DNA from: Anaerolineales bacterium
Lineage (GTDB): Bacteria; Chloroflexota; Anaerolineae; Anaerolineales; RBG-16-64-43
Length of the DNA: 64,000 bases
Direction of reading: 5' to 3'
Assembly (NCBI GenBank): GCA_050010135.1
Contig: JBEKLP010000001.1
Coordinates: forward strand, 15,289 to 79,288
The notes below the pieces were generated by a model. The model was not told where the DNA came from and searched no databases. It worked only from the letters and a program-made list of their open reading frames with translations. Positions 56,318-64,000 of the stretch are shown here, in pieces. Within the stretch, counting starts at the first letter, position 1, and the number at the start of each line of letters is the position of its first letter. The translations under genes and the position numbers were made by a program.

Positions 56318-56980
56318 TCAGCTCGCTTCGACCACCGGCGGGACGATGTACTCGCCCTTGAGGATGGCCTCGCCGGGAATGTAGACGCGCAGCCAGAGGA
56401 TGAAATTGCCCGCAGGCGCGGGCAGCCAGTTGGGCTCGTGCCCCGCCGGAGCCGCCTTTTGAATGTAAACATCGATCGAACCATCGGGGTTTTGGGCCAA
56501 GTCGGTGCGATCGCTGACGTTGTACCGGTTGAGCGGATTCGCCACAAAGTGATTCCCCGCATCCCCCATCGTAATCGACCAGAATGCCTTGTTCGGCGGG
56601 AGTCCTCCCGGCGGGAAGTGCAGGATGTAGTCGTGCGCCCCGGAGAGCGTGTGGCCGGCGCCGTCTGAATTCGTCCACCAGTACATCGCCTCTCGCGGAG
56701 TATTTACCGGGCCGGGGAAAAGCTGGGCGTGCGCGGCGCGCAAGAACATGCCGTTGCCGGGTTCGCCCAACCCGTACATGGTGATCCAGCCGTTGATCTT
56801 TTTGGCCTTGATCCGGGCGTAAACCTGGGCCGAGACGAACGCCAGCCCGAAGCCGATCAGGGCGCCCTGAATGATGGCATTCCGCAAGATCATGTTTTGG
56901 GGGAAGAGGACGGTGCGGACGAGGAAGTAGACGCATACCGCGCCGATGAGGATTGCTAGGTATGTGTATGTTCTGCTCAT
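56318..56980 (-). CDS. DUF1214 domain protein with N-terminal TM helices
   Basis: NGW..., AFWSITMGD..., NPLNRYNVSDRTDL...DGSIDVYIQ...EPNWLPAPAGNFILWLRVYIPG matches the DUF1214 consensus. Confidence 0.75.
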   Translation of the reverse strand: MSRTYTYLAILIGAVCVYFLVRTVLFPQNMILRNAIIQGALIGFGLAFVSAQVYARIKAKKINGWITMYGLGEPGNGMFLRAAHAQLFPGPVNTPREAMYWWTNSDGAGHTLSGAHDYILHFPPGGLPPNKAFWSITMGDAGNHFVANPLNRYNVSDRTDLAQNPDGSIDVYIQKAAPAGHEPNWLPAPAGNFILWLRVYIPGEAILKGEYIVPPVVEAS

Positions 56981-57046
56981 ATAATTATTCTATCACCTCT
57001 GATTCAGCAGCTTTCTCCCGCTTGTGAACTCCCATCAATTTTCAAG

Positions 57047-57178
57047 GCCCAACGGCTGGCGGCTCAAGCGCTTGGCCGGCTGTGCAACACCAGGTTCACT
57101 TTACTCGGAATTTCAACGAAGCAAGTTGTGTTACCTCTCGCAGCTATAGGCCAAGTCGTCTGCAGCCGCGTGTTGGGC
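57047..57178 (-). repeat. attC-like recombination site (best-preserved copy)
   Basis: GCCCAAC-GGCTGGCGGCTCAAGCG-CTTGGCC-...-GGCCAAG-TCGTCT-GCAGCC-GCGT-GTTGGGC. The ends match RYYYAAC / GTTRRRY, and the inner CTTGGCC/GGCCAAG and GGCTG/CAGCC segments pair. Confidence 0.75.
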
Positions 57179-57194
57179 GGCGTAATTCTCTTAA

Positions 57195-58571
57195 TTAATC
57201 TGAAGTTTCCTTTTTGATGATTATATGCAATTCTCCATTTGATCTTCTTGGCAAATTGGCTGCAAGAAGTTCATATGTAATATTAAATGACTTTGCAGTT
57301 TCATAGGATTCAAAAATAACATATAACGGATCAAAAGGTTCAATTAATTGATGCTTAATACGGTTTACATGAATATTTACATCATAGCTTCCAGTACGCT
57401 TTATTTTAGGAAATGAAATATTTGGCGGAGAAGATATTGGTCCCATTACGGGATTTATATTGGATGGTAAATAAGGAACATTTCCAAGAACACTTAATCC
57501 ACCCATTAGATGTTCCATTTGTGATTTAGGTTTTTCTGGCGGCTGAGGTGGTTTAGGTGCCTTCGGAAGATCTTCTTTGTGGAATAATTGAAAACCATCA
57601 GGAAAATGAATAAAGACATCTATATCTTCTGCGGGTGCTGTTCCATCATTTGAAAGCAATATTGATAATTTAATTGCTCTTCGTTTAATATTCTCAAAAT
57701 TTGTTTCAAGAGTTAAATATTGAGGATAATTAGTATAATACTCGTCAAGATCATTATTGTACTTTTCGTAATCTTCGGGAGAAAGTCCAATAAGCATTGA
57801 ATCGCGTAATTTGGTGGCCAAATTAACCAATTCTTGACTTTTTTTGTCAGACATTTCTGGTATTTCTAATTTATATGGCTTTATTTCCATATGAGGATAT
57901 TTCTCTTTTACTTTAGCAATTCGATTTTCAATATTTTCTTCCGTTAAAACAACTGGAGAAGGAAGAGTAAATGTTGCATATTGGTTTTCATCTTCAAATA
58001 CTAATGATAATTGCGGGTTTTTTAGTTTTAATTGCCTAAGCTCCTCTTCTAGATCCCTCATTTTTGCGACTTCGGGATCAGGTTCTTCTGGGAGACGTAA
58101 GTTTTCATCAATATTAATAGTTGAAATATTATGAGAATTAGCTTTTGCCCATAGAGAAAGCCCAGAATCAGAAGTAAATAAAACAATATCCGCCTCTGGA
58201 TTCTCATTGTGATAGGTAAGTATACTTGCAATTAGGTGATCATCTTGAATATCACGGCTTAGTTGAAAAGAACCAAAATCTATAAGGGGATCGCGTGGTT
58301 CTAAGACTAATTCGATTAATGGATTTATTTGCGCATGAAGGTTTTGATCAATTATTCCCGAGATCTTTCGGAGTATCAAACCCGCACGTTTTCGAATCCT
58401 TTGTCTTTGATTACCATCTTTATGTTTATTAAGTTCGCGAATTGTTATTGGCGGGATTAATATAATTACCGAATCGGCATGTGAAATAGCAGGCCAATCA
58501 ATTTGGTCAAAATCATAGTAGTGAATAAATATATTTGTGTCAACGAATAATATCTTTTTCATATTCATCAT
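57195..58571 (-). CDS. PIN-domain protein with a large uncharacterised C-terminal region
   Basis: KILFVDTNIFIHYY (first acidic residue), ITIRELNKH, DDHLIASIL and VLFTSDSGL give the PIN acidic-residue spacing. The remaining ~300 aa are not recognised. Confidence 0.65.
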   Translation of the reverse strand: MMNMKKILFVDTNIFIHYYDFDQIDWPAISHADSVIILIPPITIRELNKHKDGNQRQRIRKRAGLILRKISGIIDQNLHAQINPLIELVLEPRDPLIDFGSFQLSRDIQDDHLIASILTYHNENPEADIVLFTSDSGLSLWAKANSHNISTINIDENLRLPEEPDPEVAKMRDLEEELRQLKLKNPQLSLVFEDENQYATFTLPSPVVLTEENIENRIAKVKEKYPHMEIKPYKLEIPEMSDKKSQELVNLATKLRDSMLIGLSPEDYEKYNNDLDEYYTNYPQYLTLETNFENIKRRAIKLSILLSNDGTAPAEDIDVFIHFPDGFQLFHKEDLPKAPKPPQPPEKPKSQMEHLMGGLSVLGNVPYLPSNINPVMGPISSPPNISFPKIKRTGSYDVNIHVNRIKHQLIEPFDPLYVIFESYETAKSFNITYELLAANLPRRSNGELHIIIKKETSD

Positions 58572-58618
58572 ATTATAAATTAATTACATGTTTTGACAAG
58601 TAAGCATAAATTATTAAG

Positions 58619-58742
58619 CCGCCCAACGGCTGTTGGCTCAGGCGCTTGGTCGGCTATGCAACATATGGTTCATTTTATCCGAAACTTCATCGAAGCAATA
58701 TTTGACATTTCTCACATTCAAAAGCTAAACCGCATGGAGCTG
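58619..58742 (-). repeat. attC-like recombination site (one end degenerate)
   Basis: GCCCAACGGCTGTTGGCTCAGGCGCTTGGTCGGCTATGCAAC is near-identical to the 57047 copy over its first ~80 nt. The other end reads GATCGGGC instead of GTTGGGC. Confidence 0.6.
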
Positions 58743-58767
58743 TGGATCGGGCGCGGATAATTCTGAT

Positions 58768-60294
58768 TCATATGGCCTCCATCATCTCGTTCAAACTTCG
58801 GAGTGCATCAAAGAATTCAATGGTTAGCATAACCAAGCGACATTTTAACTTATGTAATGTAATCTTCTTATTATAGAGCGATGACACTTCTTGCGAAGTA
58901 TATTGAACAGGTAGGTTTTTGAGATTATTTATTCGTCGCCTGATTTCTCGTGAATGGCCAATTAGGGAAAATATATCAGCACTCGATCCAGTACCTGTGT
59001 ATGTAGATGAAAGCTTATTAAGGAACTCTTTTTCCGAAGGCAGGGCCGAAGGTGATAACTCGGCTGGAGGCAGTGCTCTTAAGAGGTCGCGTAGCGATAT
59101 CTTGTTGCGTTCCAACAATGCCATTATTTGATCATATGTCAGATCCGACATAAAGGAAGTATTTATTGATGTGTTTTCGAAGAATCCTATCGTTTGTGAG
59201 AAATCCGACCGGCTATCAATTAGGGTGGCTAACGCTTCTGTTGGATCAATCTCATAGATTTTTAACGGATGCTCTTCAATTAACGGGTCTATTGACCGAA
59301 ACTCATCGAGAAGTGCGGATGGGGATGAAATAAGCGAGAGTGGCGAGAAGAAGAATACATCGTATCTACTTGAGAGACCAAGAACTGGCAAATTTGCAAT
59401 CGAAGAATAGTTAAGAATGAAGTGAGGACATTGTGTTATATAGGATTGTATCGCCTTAGGAAGATTTTTATCACTTACAACCACGAAGAGTTTTCGATAC
59501 AATTTACGATCACTGATGAACCGCTTAAGGTAGCCTAAGTTAAACCTACCTGAGTTGGCGATTGAAGAAAGTGAGGCTTTAAAAGTTCTTATCTGGCCTT
59601 CTTTGTAATTGAGCTTCTTTGCAACCTCTTCCACGTAATCATCTTTGAGGAAACGATCATAGAAGTGGAAGCGCGCGTGCTCAAATAAAGTATCATCAAG
59701 CGGTGAGAAGTAAGTCTCGACAACTGAGTATTTCCGATCCAAGATTGCTATCTGATTATATGCGAGAACAAACTCGGTCTTACCCTTGTCAGTAAGTCCC
59801 CGGTAAATGGATTTGATGTATAAGAAAGAAGCATCTTGATCTTGTGGATGGAGATGTTCGCGATACCAAATAAGGAATAAAGCTATAACCATGGGACGAC
59901 GGCGTTTATCATCAATATCTGATGCACCCAATGACCGGGCAGGTATCTGTGCGCAGACAAGTTCCAGTTGAGAAAAGAGTGGAAGTGATTGTCGTGCTTG
60001 TGATTCAGGAAGTGATAAAAGAAAATAATCGAGTAGGAAAGTGCGAAATTTGATTACAGAGGATTTTACGGATCGCTGGTAATCCGAGGGGCCAACGTAT
60101 TTTTGAAGGCGCGAAAGGATTTCTGGAGCAAAATCGTTTATAAGTCCCACGAATGGGATGAGTAGTGAAAAGTAGGCTAGAGGTGTAACATTCTGTTTTG
60201 AGGTGATAAACAGATTGAGGAAAAACAAGCCAATTAGAAAAAACAATGAAATACTTAATCGTATTATTGGGCGTAAACGGAAAAATGTTGTCAT
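58768..60294 (-). CDS. Hypothetical protein with two N-terminal TM helices
   Basis: 508 aa. N-terminus LSISLFFLIGLFFLNLFI / YFSLLIPFVGLI. The rest is soluble with no recognised motif. Confidence 0.5.
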   Translation of the reverse strand: MTTFFRLRPIIRLSISLFFLIGLFFLNLFITSKQNVTPLAYFSLLIPFVGLINDFAPEILSRLQKYVGPSDYQRSVKSSVIKFRTFLLDYFLLSLPESQARQSLPLFSQLELVCAQIPARSLGASDIDDKRRRPMVIALFLIWYREHLHPQDQDASFLYIKSIYRGLTDKGKTEFVLAYNQIAILDRKYSVVETYFSPLDDTLFEHARFHFYDRFLKDDYVEEVAKKLNYKEGQIRTFKASLSSIANSGRFNLGYLKRFISDRKLYRKLFVVVSDKNLPKAIQSYITQCPHFILNYSSIANLPVLGLSSRYDVFFFSPLSLISSPSALLDEFRSIDPLIEEHPLKIYEIDPTEALATLIDSRSDFSQTIGFFENTSINTSFMSDLTYDQIMALLERNKISLRDLLRALPPAELSPSALPSEKEFLNKLSSTYTGTGSSADIFSLIGHSREIRRRINNLKNLPVQYTSQEVSSLYNKKITLHKLKCRLVMLTIEFFDALRSLNEMMEAI

Positions 60295-60504
60295 TTTTGG
60301 CTCCTTTTACGGAGGTATGGTTTCCTCAGCTGCACAAAATGGTCTATAGGATCGATTGCATCTACGGGAGGTGTTGCGAAGGGTTTGAGAATTCCTCCGT
60401 GCGGTCTTGTCATCCATCGTAAGGGAATCGCCTAATGAGGCTCCGGTTTCTATCTAAACTAGGTATAGCCCTGAATTATTTTTGGTTTATTTTTAGCTGT
60501 GTCG

Positions 60505-63474
60505 TCAGGTCCTCGTGTGTTTGACTGTGGTCTCTTCCACAATCGCAATCTCTTCTGGCGTCAGTTCATATAACTCATACACCAGCGCGTCAATCTGCTG
60601 GTCGGTGGAATCTATCACCCGCTGCAATCGCTCTTGTTCAGTTGCGTCTATTGCTTCGGCTTGGCGTTTATGAAGATCAAGCATTTGATCAACCAGAGCT
60701 ACCATCTTGTCGTTTAGAGATTTGTCCGTAACGTTAGAATTATTAATTGATCGGATGGGCAATTGAACGACATATTGAGTTAAATACTCAAAATAACCAC
60801 CTCGCCGTTGTACAGCAAGACTGGCGAAGTAGTAGAACATCATTTTAGAATTTAATAATCCTAGCAAATACTTATCATCGGAAGGAATAAAATAGCAGGT
60901 CTTATCAACAAAAGTTCCTTCTTCATCGAGGACAAATGTGCCACGTTGGGCAACGCTTGCATAGATAATCTTAGGTTTGCGCAATAGATCATAGTAACTA
61001 CATGGCCGCAATTCATACCATTTCTTTGATGTATTCTTTATGTCTGTCCGAGCTTCCAGCTTAGCTCTATGATCTCTGAGATAGGACATTACATTAGGAT
61101 GACTGGTGTCGGTTATGCCATCTGTGAACAGCAAATATTCTCCTGTATGTTCATAACCGTAACGCTTCACATTTCGACCACGGAGGTAAGGTAGAAAAAT
61201 ACCACGTTCACTTTTCCGCTTTTTCGTAATAACGTCAATTTGAGTATCAGTAACAATAAACACCTCATTGAGACCTGTTTTCACACCAAATAGAGGTTCG
61301 CATCCACAGTATTCCGGTAAGAGTTGTCCAGCCATAGCGATCTTTTCTAATATATTTTTTTCGTTGGTAGGTTGGAGATGCCAGACTCCTTCCATAAGAG
61401 TGGATTGGGGAACGGTAAAGTGATTATCATTCACATAATCACTCAAATCTCGGAAGCTCAGGCTCTTTACATTACTAATAACAACTTGATTGTCTTCTTT
61501 TAATTTTGTTGTAGATTCCTTCTCTATCACTAAGATGCAAGGATAGACAGTTGCGCCTAAAAATACCGGCAAGTCACCAAAGTCTATAAACTGATGGATT
61601 ATGCCTTGTTGAGATAAATAACTTCGAAGTTTATTCCCGTAACCTGCTCGCACAAATTTATTTGAGACAATATACGAGAAAAAGCCATGCTCTCGGGTTA
61701 TACGCAAAGAACATTCTATAAAGTAAGCGAACAGATCAGCGATGCTATCGTAAACTTGGTAATGTGTCTCAAAATAGTCTTTAAACCCAGCAATTGTTTC
61801 TTGCCGCACATATGGTGGGTTTCCAATTACGCAATCAAACCCTCCCTCCTTTATTGCCGCGGGAAATCCCTGTTGCCAATCGAATGGGTTCACGCGCCTT
61901 AGTTCGTCGTCATCCGGCATCATCTGGCCGGCGAAGTAATCCGGCCCGATCAGGCTGTTGCCGCATTTGATGTTGCTATCAAGGTTCGGTAAGGCACGCT
62001 CATTAAAGAGAGTAAGTTGTTTCAGTCCTTCCAACACTTTGAGCAGCAGCGAAAGTTTGGTGACTTCGACCGCCTGCCGGTCAATATCCACTCCGTAGAT
62101 GTGCTCGGTGAGTATGCGTTTGCGTTCCGGCAAGGTAAGCTGCCAGCTTCCATCCGGTTGCTGCGCCACGGCCTCCTTGTGCTTCCCTGGCTCGTGTGCA
62201 ATGTACCAATCGTGGTAATACTCCAATAAAAGCGTATACGCCCCCAACAGAAACGAGCCGGAGCCACATGCCGGATCGAGAACGCGGAAACCATTGAGCT
62301 GCGCGGGACTCTTGCCTTCGATCTGCTTGCCAACCGTGTTTTTGACGATATATTCCACGATATAGGAGGGCGTGTAATAGACTCCCCCCGCCTTTTTTAC
62401 TTCCGGTTTTTCTTCAACTTTAGCATGATGTGTTGGAGTGAACTTAATAACTTTGCCCAGGAACTGCTCGTATATGTTACCAAGGATCTCGACGGGCAAG
62501 TATCTAAATTCATACGGCTGGGGATAGTATAGGTCGGCCAGGATCGACTTAAGAGGCTTGTCGTCCACTGCAAGCCGAGAGGTAACCTGGTCGCCCGATT
62601 TGGTAAAGTCGAACAAACCAGAGTTGTATTTGGCATCCGCCTTTTTGGAAAGCGCGAGAAGTTTGGAGTAGATATCCTCGCCTTCACCAATTCGCTGGAG
62701 CTGGCCGTACTCTTCCATGCCGCGGTCCTCGACCATGCGAAGAAAAATAATACGGTCGATGGTGCGTTGCACGGAGTCGTTCAACTCGTCTAGCGAAATG
62801 TCGGGGTTGCGCAAGGCGATGTTGTGCGCCAGTGAATTGCGCCATCCTTCGATTTCCTTCAGAAATTCGGCGTCAACTTCCGACGTGCCGCGTTTGGCTT
62901 TGCTGCCCTGTGCAAACTGATCGAAGGATCCGCCCCACACCGCATCGCGCGAATAAATATCCCAGATTTCATGCCATCGATCGGCATACTCCTCATAGGT
63001 CAGATAGGCCAACCGCGCTACGGAGGATTTATCCTTTTCGGAAGGCCGGATGCGGCAATCGTACGCGGCCCACTCTTGAAAGTCCGTCAGCACCGAAAGC
63101 GGCAGCTTGGCGCTCCAGGCGTAGCGCCGCAATTGGTAGGCCGGCCCGGTCGACGTCTTCAGATCCACCCCCGGCCGCTTCGCCTCCGCAAAAAACTTCG
63201 GGTCGTGCCCCACGCGGAACACGTAATCCGGCGCTTTCCGTGCTTCGTGAGCCTCCATCTCCAGTGAATATTCCACGACAACATCGCGATAATCGGGCGC
63301 TGCCTGCTGCTGATTGTGCACGTCCCAGTTTAGGGCGATGAACAGAGGGTCGATGAATTCCTGGCGTGCCTGGGCTTCATTGTAGGCTGTAGCCAGGTAA
63401 GCAGCCCGGTTGGTCTCGAAGTGCTTTACGAGGCGGGCGATTTCATCCTTGGATTGATCAAAAGTATAGGCCAT
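60505..63474 (-). CDS. Type IIG restriction-modification enzyme (PD-(D/E)xK nuclease + N6-adenine methyltransferase + TaqI-like specificity domain)
   Basis: N-terminal NEAQARQEFIDPLFIALNWDV...DYVF...EAK nuclease region, LDPACGSGSFL (SAM motif I), VIGNPPY (motif IV), and a long C-terminal target-recognition region. Confidence 0.85.
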   Translation of the reverse strand: MAYTFDQSKDEIARLVKHFETNRAAYLATAYNEAQARQEFIDPLFIALNWDVHNQQQAAPDYRDVVVEYSLEMEAHEARKAPDYVFRVGHDPKFFAEAKRPGVDLKTSTGPAYQLRRYAWSAKLPLSVLTDFQEWAAYDCRIRPSEKDKSSVARLAYLTYEEYADRWHEIWDIYSRDAVWGGSFDQFAQGSKAKRGTSEVDAEFLKEIEGWRNSLAHNIALRNPDISLDELNDSVQRTIDRIIFLRMVEDRGMEEYGQLQRIGEGEDIYSKLLALSKKADAKYNSGLFDFTKSGDQVTSRLAVDDKPLKSILADLYYPQPYEFRYLPVEILGNIYEQFLGKVIKFTPTHHAKVEEKPEVKKAGGVYYTPSYIVEYIVKNTVGKQIEGKSPAQLNGFRVLDPACGSGSFLLGAYTLLLEYYHDWYIAHEPGKHKEAVAQQPDGSWQLTLPERKRILTEHIYGVDIDRQAVEVTKLSLLLKVLEGLKQLTLFNERALPNLDSNIKCGNSLIGPDYFAGQMMPDDDELRRVNPFDWQQGFPAAIKEGGFDCVIGNPPYVRQETIAGFKDYFETHYQVYDSIADLFAYFIECSLRITREHGFFSYIVSNKFVRAGYGNKLRSYLSQQGIIHQFIDFGDLPVFLGATVYPCILVIEKESTTKLKEDNQVVISNVKSLSFRDLSDYVNDNHFTVPQSTLMEGVWHLQPTNEKNILEKIAMAGQLLPEYCGCEPLFGVKTGLNEVFIVTDTQIDVITKKRKSERGIFLPYLRGRNVKRYGYEHTGEYLLFTDGITDTSHPNVMSYLRDHRAKLEARTDIKNTSKKWYELRPCSYYDLLRKPKIIYASVAQRGTFVLDEEGTFVDKTCYFIPSDDKYLLGLLNSKMMFYYFASLAVQRRGGYFEYLTQYVVQLPIRSINNSNVTDKSLNDKMVALVDQMLDLHKRQAEAIDATEQERLQRVIDSTDQQIDALVYELYELTPEEIAIVEETTVKHTRT

Positions 63475-63571
63475 GGCTGAATACAGGAGATTATATGCTT
63501 ACTATAGGAAATCGACAAATTTATTGGATTTGCATAATTAATCAGGAAATCGTCAACTTTTTTTCGCATGA

Positions 63572-63611
63572 TCCAAACGGCTCGCGGTTTTTGAACCTTT
63601 GCGTGTTATAC
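63572..63611 (-). repeat. Possible internally deleted attC remnant upstream of the R-M gene
   Basis: TCCAAACGGCTCGCGG...GCGTGTTATAC matches both ends of the family (CCCAACGGCTGGCGG / GCGTGTTGGGC), but only 40 bp remain. Confidence 0.3.
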
Positions 63612-63822
63612 CTTTAATATGTTTCTACCCATAGCTGCGACGAAACATAAAAAAAGTGATTTTCACAGGGAAAAGCAATTCCACAATGAAATACTTTTTG
63701 GCGACCCCGATTTGACAAAGCGGTGAGCCGTGCTAGAGTATGAAAATACCACTTATCCCTTCGGGGGCAAGCCGCGAGACCGTACTCGAAAGAGTACGGT
63801 TTCTGCTTCCTGGAAGGAAGTA

Positions 63823-64000
63823 ATGCCACCCAGAACTTACGTCTACATCGACGGTTTCAACCTCTATTATGGAGCCGTTAAGGGCACATCGTTCAAGTGG
63901 TAAATGGTAGACGGCTGTGCGAATTGCTTCTCCCTAACTCGTAGATTGACAAGGTAAAGTCCTTCACCGCGAGAGTCGGCGCCCGAAAAATAATCCTGGT
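63823..64000 (+). pseudogene. NYN-domain (LabA-like) gene fragment with frameshift and in-frame stop; runs off the window
   Basis: MPPRTYVYIDGFNLYYGAVKGTSFKW then TAA. A shifted frame continues LNGRRLCELLLPNS-stop-IDKVKSFTARV, the typical continuation of NYN proteins. Confidence 0.55.

Larger units (their letters stand above)
47164..63611 (-). mobile_element. Integron-type cassette array lacking an integrase in the window (CALIN-like)
   Basis: Ten related repeats with RYYYAAC...GTTRRRY-type ends. Each lies 6-74 nt after a minus-strand stop codon, and the intact or datable copies are followed by the next start codon within ~20-130 nt. Confidence 0.65.
38934..64000. mobile_element. Accessory island bounded on the left by a large serine recombinase; the right end is not in the window
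   Basis: Composition changes abruptly, by eye, at 38,934, which is the base after the mvaD start codon. The recombinase is adjacent, and all downstream genes are accessory, defence-like or hypothetical. Confidence 0.7.

Noticed and set aside
48504-58742. Regularly recurring repeats, considered as a possible CRISPR array
   Set aside because: The repeats are ~130-140 bp, imperfect and internally variable, and they are separated by 0.6-2.7-kb protein-coding ORFs rather than by 30-40-bp spacers. No cas genes are present. The attC interpretation fits better.
60295-60504. Possible attC between the 508-aa gene and the type IIG R-M gene
   Set aside because: Only a weak GTTGCGA-like hexamer and a GGAGG/CCTCC inverted repeat are present. 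There is no match to the conserved ends or inner segments of the repeat family.
63614-63829. 71-aa minus-strand ORF at the proximal end of the array
   Set aside because: It overlaps the promoter and hairpin leader of the plus-strand NYN pseudogene, has no RBS, and has no recognisable motif.
38934-64000. Search for an integron integrase or any tyrosine recombinase to go with the attC-like array
   Set aside because: No ORF in the window shows the R..HxxR..Y tyrosine recombinase pattern. The only recombinase is the large serine recombinase, which is not known to act on attC sites. The array is therefore reported as integrase-less within this window.

Overview
The window has two parts. (1) Positions 1-38,933 are GC-rich, tightly packed bacterial core chromosome. 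Many of the long ORFs in the track here are antisense shadow ORFs. The supported genes are xseB/xseA, a lysine-2,3-aminomutase cluster with two ATP-grasp ligases and a GNAT, proS, miaA, msrB, two ABC permeases, an FHA-FHA-SEDS::PBP operon, tyrS, mreBCD-mrdA-minC-(minD remnant)-rodA, gltX, radC, acyP, rseP and a mevalonate-pathway decarboxylase. A bacterial mevalonate pathway, an archaeal-type ProRS and the FHA/SEDS operon are compatible with a Chloroflexota-like organism, but this is inference only. (2) From 38,934 to the window end the sequence is, by eye, clearly AT-richer and is an accessory island. It begins exactly at the start codon of the decarboxylase gene, and the ORF of a large serine recombinase reads across that junction. 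The island carries a 1,270-aa NACHT/HEAT STAND NTPase. This gene is bracketed by two inverted modules, each made of an HTH_17 gene, an operator-promoter, a conserved ~140-nt structured leader RNA and a terminator. It also carries tandem orphan Xre/DUF2384 antitoxin-like genes, rmuC, and a minus-strand array of single- or two-gene units. Each unit is bounded by a ~130-140-bp imperfect repeat with GCCCAAC ... GTTGGGC ends, matching the attC consensus RYYYAAC/GTTRRRY. I read this as an integron-type cassette array with no integron integrase in view. Its cassettes include a PHP+ABC-ATPase protein, a protein with a HEPN-like motif, a PIN protein, membrane proteins, a DUF1214/DUF1254 pair and a type IIG R-M enzyme. 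No rRNA genes, tRNA genes or CRISPR arrays were found. All family calls come from motifs read by eye in the translations; no database search was run.
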